Assembly: GCF_018977255.1 (NCBI RefSeq)
Contig: NW_024704742.1
Location: forward strand, 66,590,001 to 66,654,000
Direction: 5' to 3'
DNA: 64,000 nucleotides
From: Callorhinchus milii
Lineage: Eukaryota
Made by a program: the position numbers and the translations under genes. How positions within the stretch are numbered: the stretch's first letter is position 1; every line of letters starts with the position of its first letter. Below the pieces are notes generated by a model that was not told the origin of the DNA, searched no databases, and saw nothing but the letters and a program-made list of their open reading frames with translations. Of this stretch, positions 47,690 through 60,264 are shown one piece after another.

Positions 47690-48860
47690 CTCAGGTTTCA
47701 TTTAAAGAAAAATGAAATTATTTAGATCACCAACATTAGGCAAATAAAAATTTCGGTCAGCCAATGTGCGTGACTAATGAAAGTGTAAATCATTAGTGTA
47801 TTTCAGTGCAGACAGCTTGCCCTGCTGAGGGGGATGAAGACATGCAGTTTTCCACTTCACCAGTTGGCTAGTTTCCATCATCTGAGCCCTTGAGTTACAG
47901 CATGATTTGCATGGCATGTTTGTCTTTGGTAATCAAGCTGCGTGCTTTGACAAGGCTGCGACATTGGACATGGATGTTCGACTAATTAAGGTGCTAATTG
48001 AATTAAATAGCAGCAGTAATGAGCAGATGAGCAGCATAAAAAGTGGAGTCAGATTGCCCAATTAACAAAAGAGCCGAGCATAGTTATAACATTTAAAATA
48101 CATGCCGCGCTGCACTCCAATATTGTTAATTGTTCAGGGGATTTATGATAATTGACTCAACAACAGACATAACTTGCAGTAGGCCTAACCTCTGCTCGGC
48201 ACTGAATAAAGCTGCAAGAAAAAATGATATTGTGGCTAAATGTGTTATAGCTTTGTGTTGAAGGCTCCGTTTTGTGCGTGTGTGTGTGTGTGTGTGAGGT
48301 GGTGATGGGGTGGGGGATGGGGGGGAGAAAGAGAGAATGAAAGTGAGAGGGTTGCATCTAGAATGTAAACAAGAGAGACAGTTAAATTGTACCCTAAAAC
48401 ATTTGTAGAACCAACACCCCCCACCCCAACCCCAACATAACACATATACACACACTCTGCACCCCAGGGCTCATTGACATACATGATGAAATTTCATTAA
48501 ATAGAATGCAATTGAGGCTTTTTAAATAAATTCATAAAGTGCGGTTATAAATATTTCTGTGCAATATAATTCTGTATCATCGGGTACATTAGAGTCTTGT
48601 TCAAAAATATTTATTAGCAGATCCATATTAGTCATTAAGTGTTTATACATTAATTATGCAATTCATTTCAATTAAAGCAGATTTGACCTCATTAGAAATC
48701 TGCATTTTTTTTCCCCAATGAAAATTGGTGCTAACTTGTGACTGCCACGTCTAATTATCTATTAGTATTTGTCATCTGAAAGCGTGCCTCCTCTGCCATG
48801 CAATCTCAGTGGGTATCCTTAACCAGTAAAGCACTGACTTGCTAATCACTGTCCCCAAAT
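47690..48860. promoter_or_regulatory. candidate conserved non-coding element pair (47690-48250 and 48470-48860)
   Basis: Repeat-free; TAATTGAATTA at 47995-48005, ATTTGCAT at 47905-47912, AACAAAAG, CAGATG; separated by a (TG)n/G-rich spacer. Confidence 0.5.
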
Positions 48861-48918
48861 TGCATTCTCCAAACAAGGGCAGAACAGAAAGGAAACATCT
48901 CACAGTTGAGCTTACCAT

Positions 48919-49137
48919 GGAGTCCTGCAGCATAGCGGGTAGAGCACTCGCCTTGCAAGTGAGAGGACTCGGGTTCGATTCACCGGCATGGCAAGTTTCC
49001 TTACTGAACACACCTCTGTTTACCTAGCAGTAAGTGGGAACCCTGATGTTGGTTGATTGGCGGATCCGAGGGTAGTAATTCCTTAAAAAATAATAATGAT
49101 GTGATAAGATGCTATATCAAATGCAAGGATTATTATT
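48919..49137 (+). mobile_element. CmiSINE-like SINE, long form with tail deletion
   Basis: GGAGTCCTGCAGC..GGTTCGATTC head and body. Confidence 0.85.
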
Positions 49138-49345
49138 GAGGTGCATAAGACTTTATATGGGATTGAGAAAGTAAACCCAGAACAATTCTTTCATATGCAC
49201 CGAGACAGCAGAACAAGATCACACAGGTTTAGAGTTATAAAGAGCAATTTTAGGACAGACACCAGAAGCGTTTCTTTACCCAGAGGGTAATTAATGACTG
49301 GAACTGGATGCCAGGAAGGGTGGATGAGACCAGGACACTTGTTTA
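49135..49345 (+). mobile_element. CR1 ORF2 C-terminal fragment
   Basis: IEVHKTLYGIEKVNPEQFF and FFTQRVINDWN motifs, frameshifted. Confidence 0.8.
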
Positions 49346-49549
49346 TAGACAACAGCGGTGGTCATTGTTTTAACAACAGTCTCCCCAAAAGAGCCATGAA
49401 GTTGATTGAACAATTTATTGGCAGGTTTTCTATAGCTCAGGCACATTCCTGCTGCTGATTCCTTTTGTGAGTTTAGTTCACCATCTGCTGAACTGTGAAT
49501 AGCCCATTACACAGCTCAGTGTATTAGATATATAAAAAAAATCTATTTT

Positions 49550-49870
49550 ACTGGCCTGCTTCATCACTCCACGCCCTGCCAGCTCGACTACCAGCAGTCG
49601 GGCCTTCAGCCTCTCTGCCCCCACCCTCTGAAAATCCATCTTGGAGCCCCTCCGCCTTGCCCCCTCCATTGCTTCCTTCAAGGCTCTCTCAAGACCTTCC
49701 TTTTCGATCATGCCTTCGGTCATCTTCCTACCCCCACCCCACTTGCCGTCCGCCCTTCTCTGATCCCAACCCTCAACTCGGGTGCAAATACTTCATTGTC
49801 AAGCACCTCTGGATGTCCTCCTGATGTGAAACGTGCTGTATAAATGCAATTTGTTGTTATTGTTGTGGTT
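49550..49870 (+). mobile_element. L2 3' end
   Basis: TCCTTCAAGGCTCTCTCAAGACCTTCCTTTTCG; TAAATGCAATTTGTTG tail. Confidence 0.85.
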
Positions 49871-51024
49871 GATTCCACTGCGCCGTCTGTCTGCATCCTG
49901 GGTGCAGACCATCAGCAAACTCTAACACGGCCACACACAACGTACAATTTAATAACCTTCAACATTTCTCCTGCTTCCTTGATGAAAAGACCTCAGAAAT
50001 ATCACTGTTTTTATAATAGTCAAGCATACCAATAGGATAATGGTATACTTGTCATGTACATCAGGTGCTTTTTCCCATGTTTGCGAATGTTTCTTTTTAT
50101 TTGAGCAGGGTGGCTTCTCTGGTGAAGTAATAGCCAGGGGTGGAAAACTAGGGCAGACTGGTCTGAAGGAGTTACTGAGCCCGACAGTGCGAGGGAGCCA
50201 CATTAATATCACCAGAGTCACCATCATTAATACGGGGTGCTTCACTGATCCTGCGAGTTCAACCGCATCCCGTAATTCTCTTTCATCATCACACTGTCAG
50301 GCTCAGTGTCTCTGCAGAGCAAGTTCCCCATCGTCTAACCTTCCCCCCCACCTCCCCCATGGCCCCATCCCCTTCCCCTCACCCTCACCCAACCTCAACA
50401 ACATTCCCCATTTAAACCAAAACAACTCAACCGACCAAAAAATACACCAAGGAATAAAAACAAATTCCGTTCATCAATGTCCTTTGTAAGCTTTTTTGTC
50501 AAAGATTGTGAAACCTATTCTTTACGTGTTTTGAGGAATAATCTCCAGAATTATTCAATGAGAGTCTGTGTGCTGACAGCATTGTAATAGTTACTGAAAT
50601 CTAAAGAAACCCAAATCTGGGGTAAATTAGATGAGTAGTTCAAGTTCTCTAAGACACCATCTGGCATGAAGGGCGCTATATAAATACAAGTTGTGGTTGT
50701 TGTAGCCGGAGTGATCTTAATAATAATAAAAATAATAGGTCCTTATCATGTCATTGAGATGTCTCAAAGACCTTCATTGAATATACTGTAAAGTGGATTG
50801 ACTGTATTTTGTGTGCGAAACACACAATCAATTGTGCATAGCAGTCTCCCATAAACATTCGTGGATTGAGTGACTAATTTCTTTTGGAAAAATTTTAACG
50901 TTCTAATGTTATTGCTGCATATATTCCTATATCTTGTGCTCAGAGATCTGAATATAGGTTGTTAGGAGTTTCATTCACGTTAGGTCTGTCACTGCCAGGC
51001 TCCCCCATAGAGATGCAGGAACAC

Positions 51025-51421
51025 AATAATAATAATACTGCTTGCAATTGATATAGCGCCTTATCATGTCTTCGAGACATCTCAAAGCGCTTCACAGAAT
51101 ATACTACAAAGTGAATTGAGTGTATCTTTTGTGGGCGAAACGTGACAGCCAATTACACACAGCAGTGTCCCACAAACAGTTGTAGAAAAATGCAAGGATT
51201 ATTATTATTATTGCGTGACCAAATTATTATTATTTTTTGAAGAGATTATTATCCCCAGGAAGCGATTCGCCAATCAACTAATAACCGGTTTCCTACTTAC
51301 TGTTGGGTAAACAGAGGAGCAAGAAAACTTTCCTAATGTTTCGCCCTGACCGTGAATTGAACCGAGGTCCTCTCACTTGCGAGGCGAATACACTATGACT
51401 ATAGACTATGCAAAGGACTCC
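51025..51421 (-). mobile_element. CmiSINE-like SINE, long form, with an internal opposite-strand tail piece
   Basis: Tail, body, head ending GGACTCC; AAATGCAAGGATTATT insert at ~51188-51212. Confidence 0.85.
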
Positions 51422-52800
51422 ACTACTGTGAGTTCTGCAACTCTCTGTAAAAAAACTACTTTCACCCAGGCTCATACACAACTAGAAAAGCAACAGTCAG
51501 GGTCAGGAGCAAACCAGGTGCAAATGTCAGGGAATTTGCTTGCTTGCTCACTTGTGGATTTGTAAATAAATATATCTTCATGCGCTTCGCAACACTCGAA
51601 CAGCAAAAAAAAAGGTTTCTCGGGTCACGAAAGAGAAAGATGCTGATAATGAGACCGGCAGAGGAGAACGGGAAGGTGGTGGGAGAGGGAGGTAGGAGGA
51701 GAAAGAGAGAGAGATGGGGGTGGGGGGGGTGGAGGAGTGAATTTATAAAAGAAAAGGCAGGGTACAGAATGTGATTAGAAACATGCTTTCGCAAAGAATT
51801 AAAAAGAACTGAATGTGTTTTTAGAAAAATATCATCGCTTAACTTTTACATCTAGCAGGGAATCAAGCCAACCTGACGTCTCATGCTTTTCCTTCAAAGG
51901 GATTCAGCAATAATTGTCTGCGTTTGCCTCACATAACTACAGTATTTCTTTGTTTTGTGATCGCCAGAGAAATAGGTTTCTAATTGAAGCACTGTCTGCA
52001 GTTCATTTTATTACATTATATGGAAGTTCTTTTCGAATGATTAATGCAATCCTGATACCATATAATTAACTGATATCATCTCACTAATATAACATTGCAA
52101 ATTCAGCAAAACAGCATTTAACCCTTAGAGGACTGGGTGCCATTTCAAGCCTTTATTTTTAACTCACTGCCTGACTTAACCGTTGCTTATTTGTTTCCTA
52201 TATTTATTATATATCGTTTCAATGGAAACGATATATAAATGGAATATAAATGGAATCTCGTTGTTGTTGTTTCGTCCACAAAATGCTTTCATCTTCTTTA
52301 CAGTATATCCTGTAAAGTGTTTTGAGACATCTAAGTGATATGATAAGGTCTATATCAAATACAAAAATTATTATTAGTATTATTTCTCTCGCTGTCAAAT
52401 ATTCATTTTTTTAAACAAACAAAAAATAAATATATATATTGAAAATACATGTATAGATTTCTACATATTTAATTATATCTTTATGTGTATATTCAAATTC
52501 TGTAAATACTAGGGCATCAAAAGAACAGGACAATTGTAAAATAAAACAGATTAGCTCACTCGGGAGATTAATAATAATAATTCTTGCGTTTGATATAGCA
52601 CTTCATCACATCGTTCAGACATTTCCAAGTGCTTCACAGAATATACTGTAAAGTGAATTAACAGGAGAGGGAAAGGAAAGCATTAGAGCACAGCAGGAGA
52701 GACTCATGTGATACAGATTTAAGCAAGGAAAACATGGCAGTGTCCGAAACGGTCAGTTGTCGCACTCCTGCCTCTTTTTGGGGTGGGGTGGAGGGTGGGG

Positions 52801-53095
52801 GGTCAGCCGGGTATCTGACACAAGTGGAAACCCATCATAATTTGGTCCACAACTGTTTGTGGAACATTACTGTGCGCAATTGGCTGCCGTGTTTCGCCCA
52901 CAAATATACAACCAACTCACTTTACAGTATATTCTGTGAAGGGCTTTGAGACGTCTTGAAGACATGAAAAGTGCTATATCAAATGCAAGGATTATTTGTT
53001 TTATTTTTTGTAATGCTTAAGAGTATCCAAACCAAGCTGAGAGTTACATGCATCCTACCTACACATGGAAATTCCTGTGTATTGAAATGGAATTT
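52801..53095 (+). mobile_element. MITE-like arm split by a SINE tail (52838-53010)
   Basis: GGAAACCCATCA | SINE tail | ATGCTTAAGAGTATCCAAAC..GAAATGGAAT. Confidence 0.75.
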
Positions 53096-53189
53096 GCTCT
53101 GTCTCCTTGGAAGGACGTATCCTGTTTACCTAATGCCAGAAAGTATTAGGCTCAGCTTGAGTGTGCATTAGGGTACTGCTGGAGTCTGA

Positions 53190-53505
53190 TCAGCTTGAAC
53201 CACATAATCTGCCATTGATATTGCTGTCTGTCAAAATTTCCTGCTGCTTGTCCAGCTAGGATCACCCTAGTTAGGGCATTAGCTTGCAGGGTTAACGGGA
53301 GCTGAGTGGGAAGAATCCCTGCTCCCAGTAAAGGGTCTAACCTTCCAGGTCCTGCTGATGAGCCAGGCCGGGCTGTGCTATCATCAGCAGTGCCCTGGAA
53401 TACTGCGGACCCACCTGCCTCCTCAACCAGACTACCGAGACTACACCGAGGGTTGACTTGATTCCAACATTCTGTTGCCAAACATGTCACCTTGAAGCCA
53501 GTTCT
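53190..53505 (+). repeat. unclassified dispersed repeat, uninterrupted copy
   Basis: Colinear with 21623-22097; contains CTGCTGATGA..TCATCAGCAG stem. Confidence 0.75.
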
Positions 53506-53664
53506 GGTCCATGGAGAACCTTCTTACCAACCCCCCACTAACCCCACCCCCAAAACCTCCAGATTTAATGAATTTGGCATTAGAGCTCAGGGTCCTGGCT
53601 GACACTGCAGTACTGGGGAAGTGGTAATTATTAGAAGCTAATTGTCTTTAGAGGGTATTAATCT

Positions 53665-54131
53665 GAGGTCCCACAAACAACCATGAAGTGAGTAATTTTA
53701 TTTGGGGGATTGTTGGCCAGGATTTAGGGAGAAATTCCCTTCTCTTTTTGAATACTGCCACCGGATCATTAACATCCACCAGTACAGGCAGACGGGATCT
53801 TAGTTTAATGTGGCATCTGATGGACGGCACCTTCGACAATGCAGGGCTCTCCCCAGCACTGCATTGGAATATCAGCTCAGACTATGAACTCAAAGGCTTG
53901 AACCCACAACCTTCCGACTCAGAGGTGAGAGTGCTACAAACAGTCGTTAATTGAGTGAATTTTTGGGGGGACGGACTATAACCCACGGAAAAGTGATCCG
54001 CCAATCGATTAACAACCCGGGTTCGTGTGTGGAGAAAGGAAATTTGCTTAATGTTTTGCCCTGTCCGGAAATCAAACCAGGGTCCTCTTGCTTGCGAGGC
54101 GAGTGCTCTAACAAATATACTACAGGACTCC
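53665..54131 (-). mobile_element. Deu-SINE (53665-53938) fused to CmiSINE long form (53938-54131)
   Basis: Both heads and bodies recognisable on minus. Confidence 0.8.
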
Positions 54132-54819
54132 ACATTATGCAGCAGTTCTCTGACAATTTGACTGTGTGTGTGTGTGTGTGTGTCTGTTTGTGTTTTTATT
54201 TTATTTATATAACCGACGTGTAGAAATCCTGATCTAAGCATCTTGGCAAAAGCAAGCTCAATGTTTATCAGGATTAGATTCTCTCTCCAATTCCCTGTGA
54301 AAGCTTGACGATCCCTTTTCCAATAAGCCTCAGGTCAATTTCACCTTAATTTCCTTTTATTCAAAGTCAGCTAACTAGCTGGCTGCGAGCGTCAGACTGA
54401 TTTAGAGAGAATGTTCCCCCCACCCCCCCGGCCTTCCCACCACCACCGTTCTGTAAATGGATTGCTGCAGCAAAATTGTAAAGAACGTGGGAAAGAACAA
54501 GAGCTGTGAAATCCTGGCTGAGGTGTGCTCCGAATTGTTCCCCCTTTCCCTCCCTCACCTCACTCAAGGCCCATCTCAAACTGTAGCTCTGCAACCATTG
54601 TTTCCTTCCCCACCCCAATGGCTTCCACTCCCAGCTTGGGTGCCCAGCCAGCATTGTTAAGCACTTTGAGATGTCTTCTTGTTTGCAAGGTGCTGCTGCA
54701 TGCAAGTTGACTGCCGGGTTTGCATCCAACAAAAATACTCTTTGCAGTAAATCCTGTGAAGTGCTTTGAAGAGAGTCCTCCCTGCACGAAACGGTCTGTA
54801 TAAATTGTAAAAATAATGC

Positions 54820-55135
54820 GATAATAATCCTTGCATTTGATATAGCACCTTATCACGTCGTTGCGACATCTCTAAGCGCTTCACAGAATATATCATAAAG
54901 TGGATTGACTCTATATTTTGTGGGCGAAACATGGCAGACAATTGCGCACAGCAGTGTCCCGCAAACAGTCGTGGATTTAGTGGGATTATTATCCCCGGAA
55001 AGTGATCCGCTAATCGACTGATGACCAAGTTCTTACTTACTGCTAGGTAATCAGAGGCATGTGGAATGAGGAAATGTGCCTAAGGTTTCGCCTCCTCCGT
55101 AAATTGAACCCGGATCCTCTCACTTGCAAGGCAAA
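54820..55135 (-). mobile_element. CmiSINE-like SINE, long form
   Basis: Tail, body, partial head. Confidence 0.85.
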
Positions 55136-55179
55136 TGAGCTAAATTGTAAATTGTATTGATGGTTTTTTTTAAAATTCA

Positions 55180-55520
55180 ATAACAATTGGCATTTATATA
55201 ACGCTCTTCACCGAGGATCACATCTCAGAGCGTTTCACAGTGGCGGGGATGGACGGTGAGCAATGGAATGGAGAAGTGACTGTAGGTGCAGTCGAAGATG
55301 TAGGTTTTAAGGTGGGATTTAAAGACAGATAGAACAGGCAGATGGGATCTTGACTTAATGACTCATTCCAAAGGATGGCACCTCCAATAATTCAGTGCTC
55401 TCTCTAGCACAGCATTAGAACGTCAGCCTACAGTGTGAGCTGAAAGTCCCAAAGCGGGGCTTTAACCCTTAACCTTCTGATTCAGAGGCAAGATTGCTAC
55501 CACTGAGCCAGGCTGACACA
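55180..55520 (-). mobile_element. L2 tail (55180-55330) adjoining Deu-SINE 5' half (55330-55520)
   Basis: GCATTTATATAACGCTCTTCAC; CACTGAGCCAGGCTGACAC. Confidence 0.75.
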
Positions 55521-55949
55521 CAATATCTTGTAGCATATCAAGTGCAAGGAGTAACAGAAGTAGGTAATTGTGCCTCTTATTTATGATCTCTCGTTCCACA
55601 GGAGAGGACTGGTACAGTGGATGGGGTAGTCACTTTAGAACAGCTTCGACTGTTGCCCAAAGACATGGTCAAGTAGACAGTTTTTAAGAAGGGTTTTGAG
55701 AACTGAGAAGCAGAATGCAAGTGGAAGCATTAGGAGACAAAAAGTTCCAAAGAATAATTTAATAGTTCAGTAAATATTCATAAATTACCGTACATTAATA
55801 CAATATAATTTACTTTTATACATTGGAGGAATTGACTAGTAGACAGAAGTATACAAATGTTTTTCACTGGTGGGGGTGGGGGGTGAGGAAGAAGGATTGA
55901 AACAAATGCAGTTGTATAAAAGGGGAGGTGGGGTGCATATTTATAACAT

Positions 55950-56316
55950 TAATTATTCTTGCCTTTTATATAGCGCCTTATCACGCCGGTGAAATGCCTT
56001 AAAGCACTTCATAGAATATATATTGTAGAGTGGATTGACTGCATTTGTAGGCTAAATGCGGCAGCCAATTGCGCACAGCAATGTCCCACAAGCTGTCATT
56101 GATTGAGTGACCAAATTTTCTTTTGGTGGCGGGGAGGGATTATTATCCCCGGAAAGCAATCTGCCAATCGACTGACAACCAGGTTTCTACTTATTGCTAG
56201 GTAAACAGAGGTGTATGGAGTAAGGAAAGTTGCCTAAGTTTTGCCCTGCCCGGGAATCGAATCTGGGTCCTCTCACTTGTGAGGCGAGCGCTCTAACCAC
56301 CACATTACGGGACTCC
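55950..56316 (-). mobile_element. CmiSINE-like SINE, long form, full length
   Basis: Tail, body, head ending GGACTCC. Confidence 0.9.
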
Positions 56317-56399
56317 ATGCATAAAGGGGGAAACAGAGCTTTACTGAGTATGCGTGGGTGAATCATCTCCAGCAATTGTGAAACATTTAAAGAGAGGCT

Positions 56400-57620
56400 C
56401 AAAAATAAGCAAAGTTTATTTAGAGTCATTTCATCAGCAATATAATATGGAATAACATTTGGCTTCCTATCCAATAGTATTCATGAGAGCATGATTCTGC
56501 CATAACCGTAATGGAATGTCAGTCTGTACATGCTTATGTTCCTCTGAATTACTGCTTCAGAGATAGATTTACCATAATGCGCCCTGAATAAAGAACTGTA
56601 GGTAATTTACAAATGTAATTTCAATTGAGAATAGTTTTCCAATCTCCTTTCATTTTGCTCTCAATTGAACCTTTATTTCTCACTCACACTGCCAGCCCCT
56701 CCCCCCCCTTCCCTACCTACCTTCCCCCTCCTCACCACCACCATTCCTCCCCATTCCTCGACAGTTTACATTGCGATCAGACATTGTAGAGAGGCCGTGG
56801 AGGATTAGGCATTCACAGAGAGGAGAAATTGGCTGGGATGTTTTATCAGAGCACGTCACAGTATATGAAAGCAGATGTGTCTGCTCGGAGCTGTTCCCCC
56901 AAATTACTGTTACAGACTAATTTAGCCCTTGGTTCTCGCAGATTACTGCGTTCACTGATCATACTGTCAAATCAAAGTGAGCACTCCATTCCCCTTTATT
57001 CATGCCAGATCTATTTTGCTTTCATAATGAGCAGATATTACCCGGCACAAAGAGGATAAAGACATCGCAATGATAGATAGGCGAGAGATTAAATGGGATC
57101 TTTATGACTTCTTGCCCATCGCTTTCGAGCGCGCAATAAGACGAGAGAAGTTGGGCGCTGATTTGTTCTTCAGTGGAGGCAAACATTAGACTGAGCTCAA
57201 CAGCGTTGCGACCATTAAGAGGGGGGGTGGGTGCAGACATTTTTTTGTTATTTGAAAAGGCTGATGCTGTGTGGGTCGGTGCATGGATGGGTGGGTGGGG
57301 GGCAGAGCAATGGGGAAAAAGGAATTATGGTATGCAGATCAAGCCAGCAGAAATCCTGGTGACAGATACTAATGTATAAATCAACAGGCCACTACAGAGC
57401 TTGGACCACTGCTCATGTTCTTTTGCAGAAATGTCACCTGTTCCTATCTAGCGATTTGCATAATGCAAAGCTTCTCACTCGTAAAATACAGATTAACAGG
57501 GGAAGCGGAGAGCCATTCGCAAACCACACAGCCATTTCATCAGCACGGCGCTCTCCACAGGTTAACCCCATCCTGCCTGGATCGCTTCCCAGCCACACTG
57601 CTGAGGTGCCGTGCATTTTA
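56400..57620. promoter_or_regulatory. candidate conserved non-coding region
   Basis: About 1.2 kb free of recognisable repeats; TAATTTAC, ATTTGCATAAT; CpG retention at 57060-57220. Confidence 0.35.
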
Positions 57621-57665
57621 ATTCCTTTACAACAACAAACTCTCAACAACAACAATATGGAGCAT

Positions 57666-58790
57666 GGAGTCCCGTAGAGTAGTGGTTAGAGAACTCGCAA
57701 TGCAAGCGAGAGGATCTGGGTTTGATTCCCAGGCACTGCGAAACCTTAAGTAAATTTCCTTACTCCACACGCCTGTTTACCTAGTAGTAAGTAAGAACCT
57801 GGTTGTTAGTCAATCAGTGGTTCACTTTCTGGGGATAATAATCCCTCCCCCCAAAATATCTAGTCACTCAATCCATGACTGTTTGTGGGACACTGCCGTG
57901 CGCAATTGAGTTTCGCCCACAAAATACACAGTCAATTCACTTTACAATATAATCTGTGAAGTGCTTTGAGACATCTCTGCACACTCCACCCTACTAAGCC
58001 AGTCCGGAACTTTGGCGGCTTGTTTAACCCTCAACTATTCTTCCTACCCCACATCGGTGCCATGACCTGCTCTGCCTTTACCCACCTCCGCAGCATCGCC
58101 CGGCTCTACCACTGTCTCACACTGCAGGCCAGTGAAACCCTCATACATGCATTTGTAACATTGAGGCTTAACTATGCAAACTCCTTGCTTGTTGGCCTTC
58201 CCAACTCCCCCTTCCATAGGCTGCAGATCATCCAGAACTCTGCAGCCCATGTTCTCTCCTGCACCAGGCTCTGTGACCCTATCACCCCATCCACGCCTGA
58301 CTCCACTGGCTCCCCATCACACAAAGGATACAATTCAAGATACTGGTCCTCACCTTCAAAGCCCTCCATGACCTTGCTCCCCCCTACCTCTGCAACCCCC
58401 TACCATCCTGCCCGCTCCCTCCGGTAAGCGGGCTCCAGCCTGCTTCATGTCCCCCTCCTCGCCTGCCACGCCATTGCCAGGTAGGCCTTCTGCCACTCTG
58501 ACCCCACCCTCTGGAACTCCATCCCACAGTCCCTCCGCCTCACCCCCTCCCTTGCCTCCTTCAAGACCCATCTCAAGACGCTCCTCTTCGACTGTGCTTT
58601 CGATCACCCTGCTTCCCCCCCACCCTCCACCCTACTCAATCCCGATCCCCAGCTTCAGTCCGAAACACTGACCATCCAGCAACTTGGGACGTCTTCCCTA
58701 CGTGAAATGTGCTGTACGAATGTATTGTTGCTGTTGTTGTCTGAACAACATGATGAGGAGCTATATCAAATAAGGATTATTATTATTATT
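57666..58790 (+). mobile_element. CmiSINE long form with L2 inserted into its tail
   Basis: SINE 57666-57978; tail resumes ~58745-58790 after the L2. Confidence 0.85.
57983..58740 (+). mobile_element. L2 LINE 3' portion
   Basis: VRNFGGLFNPQL..HLRSIARL..ETLIHAFVTLRLNYANSLLVGLP..LQIIQNSAAHVL, a classic L2 ORF2 segment; (TTG) tail. Confidence 0.95.
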
Positions 58791-59177
58791 GTAAGAAGAA
58801 CAAAAGGCATCAGGAATTTTATTTTACGCTTCCAATTGATGCCGACTAACCTGTTTGATTTGGTCTGATCTGAAGAGAAGTGCTTGGTGACAGGAGGAGG
58901 TGGTTTTAGACTAACACAATGTGGCACCAGCGGGCTGGCTGCTTTCACATTTTAAATACTTTATATTTTGTGCAAAAGCAGGTTTTCTCTGAATGTGGCT
59001 TCCTTTGGCATGGGTGACCGGCAAGCTTTGTTGTGGGTTTTCCACTACTGATGCTTAGTGAGTGGGGGGGGGAGGGGTCGGGGATACCAACTGGCTTATT
59101 AATACAATACAATTTATACAGCATCTTTCATGTTGGGAGGACATCTTGACAGTGCTGGCCGGGCACTCAAGCTGATG

Positions 59178-59312
59178 GTTCAATTCCAGGCAGGGCGAAA
59201 CCTTGGGCAAGTATCCTTACTCCACTCGCCTAATAATAATCCCTCCAAAACAAAACAATAATAAATTGGTCATTTTCAATCCACGCCTGTTTGTGGGACA
59301 CTGCTGTGCACA
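59178..59312 (+). mobile_element. CmiSINE short form fragment
   Basis: CCTAATAATAATCCCTCC deletion junction and GGTCATTTTCAATC diagnostic. Confidence 0.85.
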
Positions 59313-59694
59313 AGGAGGGAATGAACAAGCAAATTTGAGAGACTTGGGGGTGGGGGGTGGATAATAACTGTGCAGCTCAGAGATCAGCTGGTATCTCTAT
59401 ATGAGGCAGGCAAGCATATGTGATCCACTAGACAGAGGAAGCCCAATGGCACGTCTTGGCTTCACGGCTGTTGCCATCTCCAGGGCCACAAACCACCTTT
59501 GTGGCTGAGGTCGATATCCATAGTCAGGGATGAGAGACCTCCTCGCTCACTCTCCCTCCCCCGGGAAACAACACTCCAGCTGGCTGATAATAACCTGGCT
59601 ATCACCCAGTTCAAAAGGCAGGTCAGGCCTCGGATTCAATCCCCCCACACTAACATTTTTGCTTGAATGAGACTCCAACATTGCTGTGTGTTTT

Positions 59695-59988
59695 TTAACA
59701 CCACAGATGACCAATTTGATCTGGTTGTTGGCCAGGAAACCAGGAAAAACTCCCTGCTCTTTCCAAATGGCGTCACAGGATCTTTAAAATCTACCTGAAC
59801 AGGCAGATGGGAATTCGATTTAAAGTCTCATCAAAAAGACAGCACTTCTGACAATGCAGTGCACCCCCCAGCACTGCAATGGAGTGTCAGCCTAGACTGG
59901 GAGCTCAAAGTCCTGACACAGGCCTTGAACCCACAACCTGTTAACTCAGAGAAAAAAGTGAAACAAAAAGTAAACCAGGCTGACACAT
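59695..59988 (-). mobile_element. Deu-domain SINE
   Basis: Core and head. Confidence 0.8.
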
Positions 59989-60264
59989 TCCGTGTGGCAC
60001 TACTTTCTGTCTGAAGCACAGTCAGATGATTTTGTTTCATTTCGAACCAGGTATCGGTTTGAACTCCCTCATATTGGATTCAGCTGCATCAACAATTTGA
60101 TGACCTTATTGGTTGACTGGTGGAGTTTGATGAAAACATCTATTGATTTTATTGATAATCAACCAGGATTAATGGTGCTTCTAATGTCTTTCAGTCTTTC
60201 TGTTATTCTGTTGCTCTTAAGATGCATGTTAACATTGGAGTCTAAAAATGCAACTGCTACTACT

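Noticed and set aside
52118..52140. piggyBac-like end TTAA-CCCTTAGAGGAC
   Set aside because: No matching opposite end found nearby; too short to support alone
53352..53389. second hammerhead ribozyme (CTGATGA on both strands)
   Set aside because: No GAAA after a stem II on either strand; it is a simple hairpin
57966..58427. functional reverse transcriptase CDS
   Set aside because: Only the C-terminal part of L2 ORF2, 5'-truncated and frameshifted
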